DNA from: Chrysomallon squamiferum
Lineage: Eukaryota; Animalia; Mollusca
Direction of reading: 5' to 3'
Assembly: GCA_012295275.1 (NCBI GenBank)
Contig: CM022675.1
Coordinates: forward strand, 1,922,001 to 1,986,000
Length of the DNA stretch: 64,000 nucleotides
Positions 31,553 to 45,948 of the stretch are shown here, in pieces. The translations under genes were made by a program, and so were the position numbers. How positions within the stretch are numbered: the stretch's first letter is position 1; every line of letters begins with the position of its first letter. Below the pieces are notes generated by a model. That model saw only the letters and a list, made by a program, of their open reading frames with translations. It was not told where the DNA came from and did no database searches.

Positions 31553-31909
31553 GCACACACACACAGAAGTATATGTGTACTGTAAATCCATGCCTGAATA
31601 CTGAAAACTGTATGGACAATTCCATTGCCCAAGGAACAAAAGGAGAAAACTTACATAAAATAATGAAGATTATTTTTACTGCTTATTTTTACTTTGTCAA
31701 TCTGAAGACGCGGCACGTAATTTTACTACTACAGACAACACAAAACAGGAGTATTAAGAATATTAAAACACTGACACTAAACTGGCTTTGGCAGTTGATT
31801 TCACTCAGTTTATAATGTCACAGCATCTGTTTAAAAAATAAGTCAGTTTAAGGTAATTCTTGGAAATAGCTAACTAAATACTGGATTTAAAACAATGAGC
31901 CCAGTCCAT

Positions 31910-31946
<37 letters not shown>

Positions 31947-34421
31947 GAAACTGTGAGTAGAAAATCATGTACTTTCTAACTTTCTTATTACTAGCCAAGG
32001 CAAAGTTAAAAAATACATCAAATTTTGTTATGTGTACTTGAGAGAGAGCAGGACACTTTAGCATTCATATAAATGAGGACATTTTTTACTACCACCGACT
32101 TATTTATTTACATTTGTGAACAGAAGATGGTTTCACCAAACACAGTGAGGTCACCTGCAGCACAATGACGTTTTTACCCACAATTCTTCAGTTTTTAAAG
32201 AAAAGATGTACACCACGTTCATGAGGGAACGTGTTCAAAATAAATAAAGTTTGTGTATTCAACCTTTTCAGACTGGTCTCAAAAATTGTCATTTCAAGCC
32301 CAAGAAGAACACAGAGTATTGCAAAGTAATTACAGATTTTATATTCAAATGGAGATTAATGAGAGACAAAAGAAAAAAAAACAAACATGTGACAGAAGAA
32401 AAGAAACAGAAGATGGCAGAACTAGGAGCATGTTGAGAGCAGTGAGAAGAGCAGAGACAACAAAACTGGATGCGTTCAAATGTGACAAATCCGTGGATAA
32501 AAGCGATCACTAATGAGCACTCACATTTCTACACACTCCTAAATTACGAAAACTGCAAGCACGGACAAAATAAAGTTTATGGCCATGACTGACATGGATG
32601 ACTTAGCGGGAAATGACTTGAGATGTGATCCTCATGTCTGAAACACTGATTGAGATGAAACAATTTCAAAAGTAGTAGAAGATGCATCAACTAATGATCT
32701 ACGCGTTTTCATTTCCTTCCCCCACCCCCTGTTTATGGAACACTTCTATACTATACGTGCCAGTATCAAGACGAAATAAAGTATACGAAATACAAAGTGC
32801 TCATTGGCTATATCAATATCAATCATCTATATCTATCCATCTATCTTCTTACAGTATTCATGTGACATATATATCTTGCCGCACTCAAATTTATCCATCT
32901 GGCACCTGATAATTTTGCACATTCTAAATACTATATCACAGCAATATCTATCCATCGATCCTCATATTTCAGTCAAACCTGTACTCATTTGGTCTGGTGC
33001 CACATTTTAAAACCGACAGAGATACACGACTTGAGGCCCCTCGAAGAGAAAAGCTATTTTGGGATGTCCCACACATGAGAGGAATATCTATCTATCTATC
33101 TATCGGATCCATCTATCTATATCATATCTATATCTATATCTATATCTATATCTATCTATCCATCTATATCTATCTATTATATCTATATCTATCCATCTAT
33201 CCATCTATATCTATATCTATCCATCTATATATTATATCTATATCTATATCTATCCATTAATTTATTAGTTGACATCAATTGTCAAAATGTTGTACACCAT
33301 CTTAACTGAAATTTATATAAGAAACATTGTATTGCTTTGGCATAAATTTATATATAAGAAACATGTATTGCTTTGGCATACTTAAAAGTGTTTATTTGGC
33401 AGTATTGATAAATGATGTAATAAAATCTGATATACTAACACCTTATTATACCATTGTTTTGGGCGACCTCCATTAGTCAGAACAAAATAAGACAATGACA
33501 CAATGCAGTGATATCAGTTCAAACACTCGTTTTACATCTTTATAACAAGAGTTTGTTCTGACTCAAGAAGACTTTTGTAGTGAAAACATAGACGACGTAT
33601 GTTGTGACGTCACTACTACAGAAAGATATCTATATATATATTAAACTGTACCCATTTGTTTTACACTCAGTTACGACTAGCCTGCAGAAAGCAGGTTTAA
33701 CATAATTTAAAATAATACAGAGCATGTTTACTTTCTTAATATCTCCACAGGGACACTTTAAGTATAAGAAGTAAAGTAAAGTAAAGTAAAATAAAATAAA
33801 ATAAAATAAAACTAAAACAAACAAAAATAAATAAATAAATAAATAAATAAAAATAAATGAAATAGATAAAACAAAATTATAATAATAATAATATTAAAAA
33901 TGATAGGGCTTAATCCGTATATTAAAAAAAAAAAAAAAAAAGAAAAAAAAAATTTCTGAAGGTTAATTGCCTGTTATAAAATAAATATAGTACAATATCA
34001 TGTAATACAATGAAATAGCATGCTAATTTAACTTTGAGGTTTATGTGACAGCAGTAGCAACAATAACAACAACATAAGTAAAATTGAATAAACTCAAGTA
34101 ATATTAAAACAGCTGATATGTGTTTTGTTATATAGAAATTTACATATATACATTTGATAACGTCAGATGCATGATACTGTACAGACAACACAAACATATT
34201 AACTGAAGTAAAGTAACGTGAACCTACCTTGTTTCTTGTGACACTCACAAAATAATCTTTGTCCTCACCTACACAGTTCAATGTGTTTAGAATAAAACAT
34301 AAAACTGCATCTCACGATGTGTTTAGCTGTATTTATATGGTAAGGACAAAGAAACCATCCTGTCCAATGAATAACTGCTTTTTAGTATTGCATCATACAT
34401 GAGCTGTATGTTTGTTCAGAC

Positions 34422-34510
<89 letters not shown>

Positions 34511-34678
34511 TCTTTTTCTTTCTGCAGAGCTGTATATATCTAAATATAAATTAATTGCTATGAATTTACTTGTCTAACATTTTCACTTTCATTTTTATCT
34601 TCCACTCCATATGTCTGTCTCGTATAATTACATATATACATACATCAGCACACAATAAGAAAACCGGGGTTATTTTTC

Positions 34679-34725
<47 letters not shown>

Positions 34726-34837
34726 CACTGTAATTAACAATAACGTATTAGTATTAATTTTAATATCATGATAACGATCAGTGTTTCTTCTCGTTCCATT
34801 TTTGATACGAAATAGGTAATATCGAATAATAATGACA

Positions 34838-34882
<45 letters not shown>

Positions 34883-35825
34883 TGTGCACATTTGACTTCA
34901 GTATGCTGCCAACAACATTAACGCACACGCGCGCACGCAGGCACACATACGCTCACAAGCACTTTCTTTCAAGCAAAAAGATTACAGTTAATTAACAATA
35001 AAAAAGCCACAAAAAAGAAGAAAAATAATCATAGTAGTAATATACTTAGTAATAGTAGAATTAACAGTATCTGCGATTTTAACAGTAGTAGTAATAATGA
35101 AAGTAATAACGGTACCAAGACTGTTAGTATTAATTGTAATAATAAGTTTATATATATATATATATATATATATACATACATATATGTTTCATTTATTTAT
35201 CTATTTTATTTTTATATATTTATTTCTTTGTTTCAGTTTTGTGTTTGTCTTTTATTTTTTTTTTTTTTTATTCATTTATTATTTACTTATAGTTTATAAT
35301 TTTCTTTTCTTTATGCACTTCATTTTTTTTTCTATTTGTTTACTTATTTATTTGTTTGTCCTATCGTTTGTTTATCTTTCATTTCTTTTTTTGTTTGTTT
35401 TTGTTTGTTTGTTTGTTTGTTTATTTAAAATTTAAATTGTTGTCTCTTTGTTTGCTTGCGTGTTTTCTCTTCGTCTGTTTAACTGAATATTTTCAAGATA
35501 AAATGAATATTTTAATGGTACACAGATTTTGTGAAAGGTAATGGAATACTGACAAAGTTTAAATTAAACTGATATAATACGTGTTGTGATGTGCTGTTAT
35601 AATGTGAAGTGAGATAGAGTATATCACTGTAGTGTTTGGTTGTCTGACAGAAGGTGGGGTTCAGATATTTCCTCCATGTTAGTCATGCTCAGTTTTATTC
35701 GTTCAAACACACTGGAGGAAACGAATTTAAAAACTTTCGTGAATATCGTGCTAATTATATTATGAGAAACATCACAACTTCATTACGGAACGATGACTAA
35801 ATGTTCAGTGACAAAATTAAAACAG

Positions 35826-36030
35826 GTTGTCTCGATGGTCGAATCGTATCGTCTTCAGACTTCGGAGTTTGGGCGAATGGGTGTCTTAGGTTCGAATCTC
35901 GTCAGCAGCATCTGACGGGGTTGGTGAGTTCGTATTTGGACTTTGTCCTCCTGTGTCAGTGCGTTCACGAATATTTTCTATGTGTAATGTATAATGAGAA
36001 GTAAATAAGCCAGACCACTACATGTAAATA
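35826..36030 (+). mobile_element. tRNA-Arg-derived SINE-like element or tRNA pseudogene
   Basis: A-box-like TGGTCGAATCG, anticodon-loop-like CAGACTTCGGA (TCG) and B-box GGTTCGAATC, with a poor acceptor stem and an extended body. tRNA-Arg-derived SINEs (OR1/OR2) are known from octopus. Confidence 0.5.
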
Positions 36031-36984
36031 TAAACATACGTATGGCTGTAAGTTAGGCATTCATACCTATATTCTTATATACACGAATGCACAGTGATAG
36101 AAACATGTACACACAGAAAAATGGATGCATGCGCACATTAATACAAGTGCACTGCTTTTATCACACTGCTGCTAATTACAATGTAATACAAATGTTACAC
36201 GTTCAAAAAGAAAGAACACTTCATTTTGAATGCACGCTTCAGTTAACATTTAACAACTGTGGGAGCGACGGTGCAAAATACAGTGCACTGACGTTGAAAT
36301 GTCTTGAAAGAAAAGAAACATAATTACACATACAAAAATGTATCATTTATTAGACTTTTCCTTTTCATAATGTTTGGAAAGAAGCGGAATTTAAATTGCT
36401 TTGATAAAATCTGTTGGAATTTAAACATTCTTCTGAACATTTTTTAATAAAAAATAATTATTTATTATTATGTAGTTCAGCACTTTAGAAAATAAATGAA
36501 ATAAAAAGCTGGTGTAGTATTAGGTACAATATATTTATTGTGTTAAAATGAAAAGTGGAAAAATGTGTGTGATATTTAAGCGTGATACCATTGTGTGTGT
36601 GTATGTACACATGTATCCAATTTCTACTTTGTTGCTTACATTTGCATATTTACTTACTTTCGATGTTTTACCGTTTCCTTTTCCTCTTTCTATTTTTTTT
36701 TCTCTGTTTCTATATTTATTTGAATAATTTCAGAACAAATCGGGTATTTTAACAATACAGACGTGCACCGACTCGGTCAGTGCCCAGATATTAATAAAAA
36801 CGTTTAAATTAACTTGACATAATACGTGTTCTAAGTATGTTATTACAATGTAAAAGTCAGAATACATCACTGTACATTTTAGCTGTCTCAGAGAAAATTA
36901 CGTTTTTACACGTTTCCTCAATATAAGTCACTTCGTTTTTTTCAACTGATTTTCAGTTAACGCTTCCTAACACACACACACCCA

Positions 36985-37023
<39 letters not shown>

Positions 37024-37338
37024 AGAGACACACTCAGAGAGGAACAGGCGGGCAAACACATTAAATCACTGGTACCTTTCGATAATTAAAAGGCAAACGA
37101 GAAAAGAAATCTAAACCACCTAACCCAGAAACTGAAGGGAAATGTAATTGTACATACAATGTACGTATGCATTGCTTTTATCGCAGTGTTGCTAAAAAGC
37201 TAATGATAAACATTTTAGAGATTGAAAGAGAAACATGACTTTTATTTACTGTCCACACCTCAGTTAACATTAACAAACTCGGAGTTACTATATAATACAC
37301 AGTACACTGATTTTCGATGAACTGCACTTAGTATATAC

Positions 37339-38020
<682 letters not shown>

Positions 38021-38767
38021 AGCTAATATTAACAAATCCGGGGTTTACTTTTCAGTATACACTGCTTTCGTTTTCAGTTAACTGCACTTAATATTTTTAA
38101 CAGCATTCTTACGTTTCAGTGTACGAGAACGATTTTAATAAGCAGAAACACACACACACACACACAGACACTTATCAGAGAGTGACTGCCATAGTTAAAT
38201 ACATCGTATTTGCTTTTTTCGCTCTGCTGCTTATAAGAAATGTAAAGAACACCTTTATTTACTTTCAGCACTTTAGTTAACATTAACAAAAGTTAGTGTT
38301 ACTATGCAGTATAGTACATTGATTTTCAAATAACTGCACTTAATATATATATATATATATATACATACACATATACATATAGGTTTCGATATAAAGACAA
38401 CGTATGAAAAAATATTTATTATTATTATTATTACTTTTATTATTATTATTTTGTTTTATGTTTATTTTTATTTGTTTAATGATTTATTTTTTGTGTGTTT
38501 CTATTTTATTATTTTTGTTTTGTTTTTGGCTGCGTTACCGTATATGTGTCTGAATAATAATAATAAAATATTAATAATAATATGTGAACAAAAAAAAAAA
38601 AAAAAAAAAAAAAATTAAAACAAATTGAAAGAAGAGGAAATAAAAATATTAATATATATAATGTCACCAAATTGATAGTAAAATAAAAGTTCAGTAAGCG
38701 TTATCGAATTCTTTCTTCCGTCATTACTTGCCTATGAAATCAGGTAAAAGTAATAATAGTAAATAAA

Positions 38768-38840
<73 letters not shown>

Positions 38841-39762
38841 AGTAATCAGAAGAATAATGTCGCAATAGTGGCCATCTTAATTGTATAATTATTTGCTTGC
38901 TTCTTCGTGTTTTATTTCTTTGTTTATTTAGTGCTGGTTTAATTATTGATATCTGTTTATTTTTACATTTCTCATTATATTCTTAAGATGCATTAATTCA
39001 GTGTAAATTGTTTAGAATAACAACAACAACACGAACACGAGGATACTAATGGCAGCAAGACAATGCAGACGTAGCTTCGTTACTAAAGACTACTGTTAAT
39101 CATCCTACATGATGATAATATTTGTTACACGTCTTCTAACCAAAATGGAAGCGATTATTGACATGTTTCCATGTCTTATGACGTAAGTTTGTGTAATGAC
39201 ACCTGCGAATTTGTAATAAATAAAATAGTATAACTTTCACTACTGATGTTGCTCGTGCAAACCGGAAGCTTGCCAAATCTCTTCACAATGTGTTTCATTT
39301 TCAGCAACTTCGCGGTAAATTTAAATTTGAAAAGGCACAAGACCTCCGAATATAATGTATTTTATTTTTTTCTTTTTTTTTAAAAACATTGACATAGTAT
39401 TATTTTTACTAGGGGTAAACACAGGGATTGTATATGAAACAAAACATAAATATATTTTCTTCAGATTAAAAAAGTAGAATATTTTTATTCCATAAACTTC
39501 TTACAGGGCTTCCTCACGTAAAAAGCAATTCATCAGATTATGTCACTAACACACCCACACCCATTCAAACACACACACCTCCAAACACACCCACATACCC
39601 CCAAGACATACCCCTCCAACCCCCCAAATACCCCCACATGTCCCACACAGACCAGTATTCTTCGACCTGAATAGGTTTTAAGTCTGCAAGATATGTAAAA
39701 TGAACTGTCAGACTCCTATACAAGAAACAAAACAACACTCATCAAATTATTTTGCTACAAGC

Positions 39763-39768
39763 TTTATT
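39763..39768 (-). terminator. Putative polyadenylation signal of copy C
   Basis: The reverse complement reads TGAATAAAGCTTGTAGCA, the same context as in copy A. Confidence 0.5.
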
Positions 39769-41000
39769 CAAATTATTGCAGATATAAAGAAGAAAAAAAA
39801 CACGAAAAAAGAGGTTAATTAATATATTGTAGTTAAAACCAAATGTAAAACAAATGTAAAATAAAATAATAATTAAAAACAAAAAAAAACAAAAACACCC
39901 CAAAACCCCACTAAATTTAATTTAATATATTTAGTAATTTTTAGTAGAAAAAAGCAACAATAAATAACTAATAAATAAAAGAAATAAACAATGAAAAGAG
40001 GTATCGGTAAGTAAGTAAATAAGTAAATAAGGAAATAAATAAATTAATAAATGATGGATGCCAATAAAGCGAAACAAGACAAAAAGTAAGACTCCGAATA
40101 AATACATAAACAATTATTTAAGGCAACCGAAACCATTGTAAAAGCATAATAAAATCAGTTTAATATTTTCAGATACTACGCAGTAATAATATCAATAAAA
40201 ATTCCAACACCAACAACTAACTTTAAGTGCATTTCGAAATGTTCTGATAATGTATTATTATATGATATAACGTAAATAACAGAACAAAGTAAATTTAGGG
40301 AAAAAAAGTAATATTTAAAAAAAAATATAAGAAAAGTTGTTTATGATTTTAATTTAAAATTTTAATTTAAAATTGTTCTTATTCTTCTTCTTTTCATCAT
40401 TTTCTTCTTATACTAATAAAAATTATAGTTTTTGTTATTGTTGTTGTTGTTGTTATTATTATTATTAGTAGTAGTAATATTTAGCTTTTTTTTTACCATT
40501 TTGCACTTGATTTCTAAATATTTGCAACTAGAAATTTACAGCTGATTTATTTATTTATGTTACAGAAAACCTTTAACGTATTATTTTTGTTTTTATAATC
40601 AGGTATATTACATGTCTGAATACTAAATATTATATAATAAATATAAGAGTAAGGAAGAAAAAGAAACGAAAAAAAAAAAAAAAAAGATAAAAAGGAAAAA
40701 AAAACCAAGAACAAAGAGACAAAGACAAAAACAAAATCAGAGCATTACGAAGTTGTGTCCAATGTGATAGAAGTAATAATGTATACTTATTTAAAATTTC
40801 CGTAAACAAATTGACAATAGTTCCAAAAATGAGAATAAAATGAAGAATAACACTGCAAACAGTAATAGTTACAAAAGCGTTATAAGCTTAGTCAAATGTT
40901 CTAAAGCAAAAATAGTTTAAGTGAAAAGCTATACAAAATTCAAAAGAGTTTTTTTAATTTCAGATTGCTACTACAGTATATGAAATCTTTGTCTAGTTAA

Positions 41001-42877
41001 CTAAATCTGGTGTTTGTTGAAATCTTCCTTCTTCAGACTGGACTTTTTCTTCCTCAGGAAGACGATCACCACAATCCCAATGACAAGTGAGAAGATGATC
41101 ACCATCACAACACTGAGACCAATCAGAATCGTGTTGTTGACATCAACTTGAGCAGTTCCATGTTTTTTACCTAGAATGATGTAAGATTTTAAATATCACA
41201 TGCTTGTTTTCTTTCTTGTAACTAAAATCTATTAAACAAAATCTGCATTTAATGTTGATTTATTCTGATAAAACTAATCACAAATATGAGTTAAGTTGAA
41301 GAAAACAAATTACTGCTATAGATCTGACATAAACTCACTTGGTGTTCGATCCTCCACGAACACATCCAGAACAGAAAATGTTTTTCTCACAAGTTCATCA
41401 GACGTTTCAGCCGATCTTCGTTTTCTTCCAAACCCTTTCTTGCCATTGCAGTCCACCTGACATTGAAAATTTCTGTGTGTAAATTTTAACTCAAACTATA
41501 ATGTTATTGTTCAATTTTTTATTCTATAGGAAAAGTTAACTGTGTCTCTTTGTTGAAAGATGAAATACAGAAAGTATGACTACTTGATAAAAAATAATAT
41601 TATAAAAAATAATAATATTAATAATAATACTAATAAATAATAACAATCAAATTTAAAAAATATAAAAACAAACGAAGAATATAATAATAATAATAAAAAA
41701 AAAAAAACAAAAAAAAACAAGAACAAAACAAAAAATAAAACTGAAAAAAATAACAAAAAACAACAACAACAGAAATGCTAGAACTTACTGGATCACACAG
41801 AGATTTTTGATCTGGAGGACAAACTTTAACAGAACATTCTGTAGAGACTGCGTTGTTTTTGTTAAAGGTGAAAGCTTTCAACTTGAATGTCACGTTGTTT
41901 CCCGATCTTTCAGGTTCCTGTATCATCAGTTTACCAATCTCAGAAGACGGGCAGCTGAGTAAAGGAACAAAATTTTCCAGTAATCACCACCAAATATAAT
42001 TCTTCTTTAATTATTTGATTTCCACTGAAACATCAGTGCCTGGTTGTATAATTAAAACTTTCTGAGAGGGTGTCAAATTGATGACTGAATTGTTAATTAC
42101 AAAACATGGATCCACTTTCTTTTCAGAATATATTAATAATGTTCGTTTGTAGAGTGGCTAAAATGTATCAGAATTGTATATTAAATAACTAACAACAAGT
42201 AGACACCGTTTACTCAGATATAATTATGACATTTAAAAAAAAAAATTTTCAGAAATAATGAGTCCCTCTCGAGTTAAAAACCAACTTATTTAGGTGTTTG
42301 ACTGAACGGAAATTCTAAGAAATAAATGTGCTAAAATGAAAGTATCACCTGTTTTCAATGATTTTCAAAGTTTCTCTGTCTTCTCCAGTTTTCTGATTAT
42401 CAGCAGTACAAGACTCCACTCTGACAGTGCCTGATTCTGGCTCTGTAGATAATATATTACAATAATACTGCTTGTCAAAGTTGTTATTTAAAACAAAATT
42501 ATATTCTTTGCTATGAGTAGTAATCAAAACTATGCTACAACTGTGGAGTTAAATATAATGTTTTTTTAGAAATTCCTTTTGCAGGTTAATATATAAGTAA
42601 GTTTTAATACTACTCAAAGTAACATTCATTCATTTATCATTTTATTTCATGTTAGAAAAAGATAATATTGGAGAAAAATAGTATTTTAGACAAGTTTAAA
42701 AATAATTTGGAGCATAAAAAGATCTTAATATTTATTGATAGAGAGAACCAATTTTGAATAGAGTTTCTTTAGAAACAAATTTTAGTAAGAAACAAACAAG
42801 GTACAGCTCAATAATCAGTGTAAAATGTGATTGCAGTAATACTGATAATAATAAAATGGCGTCCGTGTCCATCAGAA

Positions 42878-42938
<61 letters not shown>

Positions 42939-43102
42939 CATCATAATAATAATAATAATAATAATAATCATCATCATAATAATAATGATAACTGCAATTA
43001 AAAATAAAAGATATAAAAAAGCTATAAAGTACAAAAATATATAAACGAATAAATATATAAACAAATAAATAAATAAATAAGTAAAACAACAACAACAACA
43101 AC

Positions 43103-43161
<59 letters not shown>

Positions 43162-45900
43162 TAATAATAATAATAATAAATAAATAAATAAATAAATAAA
43201 TAAATAGATAAATAATATTTTTTTTTCAGTAGCACATGTTGAAATTCATACATGTAGTGCCTAGCATAAAATTAGTAAAACTACAAACGTAATAATTGAC
43301 AGAGGTTGAGAATTACCTGCACATATCACACCAGCATCGTTTTCATGTTGACAGTCAACGTTACCCCATAGAATATTACACTGTTGAAGACTTGTTTCAT
43401 TTCCCAAACAGTGAATATCACGCAGTAAGATAGGTCCTGATCCTTCACCAAAATAAGCACTACCAACAGCTTTAGCATTTGAACTGAAAAACATAGGGTG
43501 TGGCATCCTCAAATATGTAGTATTAATGTGAATATATCATGTTATATATTAAAAATATATTGAAAAATTAAAATATTTTGTTTTGATTAGAGTGATTAAT
43601 TATAAGCTAAAAATAATAATATAAAAAGTTTAGATATATTATACTGGGAAAGATATTTAGGTGAAATTTATTCTTTTATTTTATTTTATACTCCTAATTA
43701 CTTTAATTATTCACTGATATGATTATTCTGATAACACTAAATAAATAAATCAATAATAAATAAATAAAAAATAAAAATAAATAACCATTATTAATTGAGT
43801 GAAACACGGTATGATGAAGTAAACATCTGTTATAATAATTATTATTAATAACTTACTTAGTGAAACCCAGCATTCTTCAGTAAACAGCTGTTATAATAAT
43901 ACTGATTAATAACTTACTTTGTAAAACCCAGCATTCTGCAGTAAACAGCTGTTCTAATAATAATGATTAATAACTTACTTAGTAAAACCCAGCATTCTGC
44001 AGTAAACAGCTCTTCTAATAATAATGATTAATAACTTACTTAGTAAAACCCAGCATTCTGCAGTAAACAGCTGTTCTAATAATAATGATTAATAACTTAC
44101 TTAGTGAAACCGAGCATTCTGCAGTAAACAGCTGCGTTGTAATCAGTATGAAATTTATCACAAACTGTGCCCCACATTCCAAGATATTTAATCTCTACTC
44201 GACCTTCTCGTTTTGAACTGCCTCCAACCAGACGAATTTCAATTTCTTCTTTATCCTCTGCAGTAAGAAACAAAAGCCTATAACAAACTAAAATTTCTTG
44301 TCATCTCACACATACACACAATTTTTCACTTAGATTTTATCACATTATTAATTTCGTTGTCTTTTGTCTCTAATACAGTGAATGTTATTCTCCATAGAAG
44401 AAATGATTAAACATTTGGTAGATGTTTAGTGACTGCTGTCTAAAACACATTACCTGAACACAGCAGGGCTGTGTACTTCTCATGATCATCGTTTTCACGA
44501 TATATAATGTAACACTCATTAATGTTGTTTTCCAGTCCTGAACAAAACACACTTTGTGTCCAAATCTTTTTGTTGCTTGACGTCAGATTATGCTCATGTT
44601 CACTCAGTAATATTGCTTTATAACTTCTTTAAATAAATAGATAAAAAATAAATCAGTTTATATAGAGTAATTGCATCAGTTTTTATATCAGTTTAAATGT
44701 TATTATGAATGTCATTTTATTATTATTATTAGTAGTAGTATTATCATCATCATCATCGTCATCATCATCATCATTATTAGCTTTATTAGCATTAGTATAT
44801 GGTGTCAAGTGATATTTAACTGTTTTAATATTACGTTCTGTTTCTACTTACTCGTTAAATCCAAGTGTTCTGCATAAAACTCTAGCAACTGTTGACGTAG
44901 GATAACCATCATACATTCTCCCCCACACATTGTATATTTTCACTTCAACTACACCGTAGTTACTGCTTGGGCCACCAACTAGTCGTAATTCAATGTTTGA
45001 TATGTCCACTAGAAAATAAACATAAAACTGAAATCAATCATTAATTTCTTTCTTTTTTTTTTTTTTTTTTTTTTTTATACTTCATATATACATTGCTTAT
45101 TATTATGTATTTATTTATTTATTTTTATTTTGGCGTCTGCAGTAAACAGCTGTTATAGTTATAATAAGAGTGTATTGTGTAGTTGGATGTTGATGTTTTT
45201 CGTAGTTGCTGAATTTGACAATTTGACAGGTTGATAAAAAACATATAACAACGTGAACCTTTCTTCTATTGTAAATCGTTTTCTCTGTAGAAGTCGATGG
45301 TGTTATCAGATGAACATAACACAGTAAACGTAACTGACATTAATACCTGAACACCTAATATGTACAGATTGACATTCACTCTCTTCATTCCGAAGTCTGA
45401 GAATAGACAAATGCACAGCAGGTTCAAAACCGAGGCTGATAAACTCATACTTCCATTTATTTCCAGTAATTATTTCAGATTTATAGACTGATGATCTGTG
45501 AAGAAACGCAGGTTAAATTTAAAAGGTTATTCAAAAATATATCTCAGTGGTAGGACAGTGTGTAGAATTAGAAAAGCAAACACTGCTGAAAACAAAAATC
45601 ATAAATAATAAGAAGTAAAATACAAGATGTCGTTTACTCACAATGATAGCTTTGATCCACAGTCGTAAAACAAATATCAGAGTAACACAGGAAATTTGTA
45701 TTTAACCAATAACCGTTTTGGTTACAAATGTTGAAATTTATATCAATATATTTTCTATGTATATTTAAACGTGTGTATGTGGCCTTGCCCGTATGTATGT
45801 ATTTACGATAACATTAGTACTACTACTATACTACTGCTGTTACTACTGCAACAACAACCATTAATTATTATTTTTATTATTATTTTACTACTACTACTAC

Positions 45901-45948
<48 letters not shown>

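Noticed and set aside
35826-35910. Functional tRNA-Arg(TCG)
   Set aside because: The acceptor and D stems do not pair well and the variable region is too long. It is better explained as a SINE head or pseudogene.
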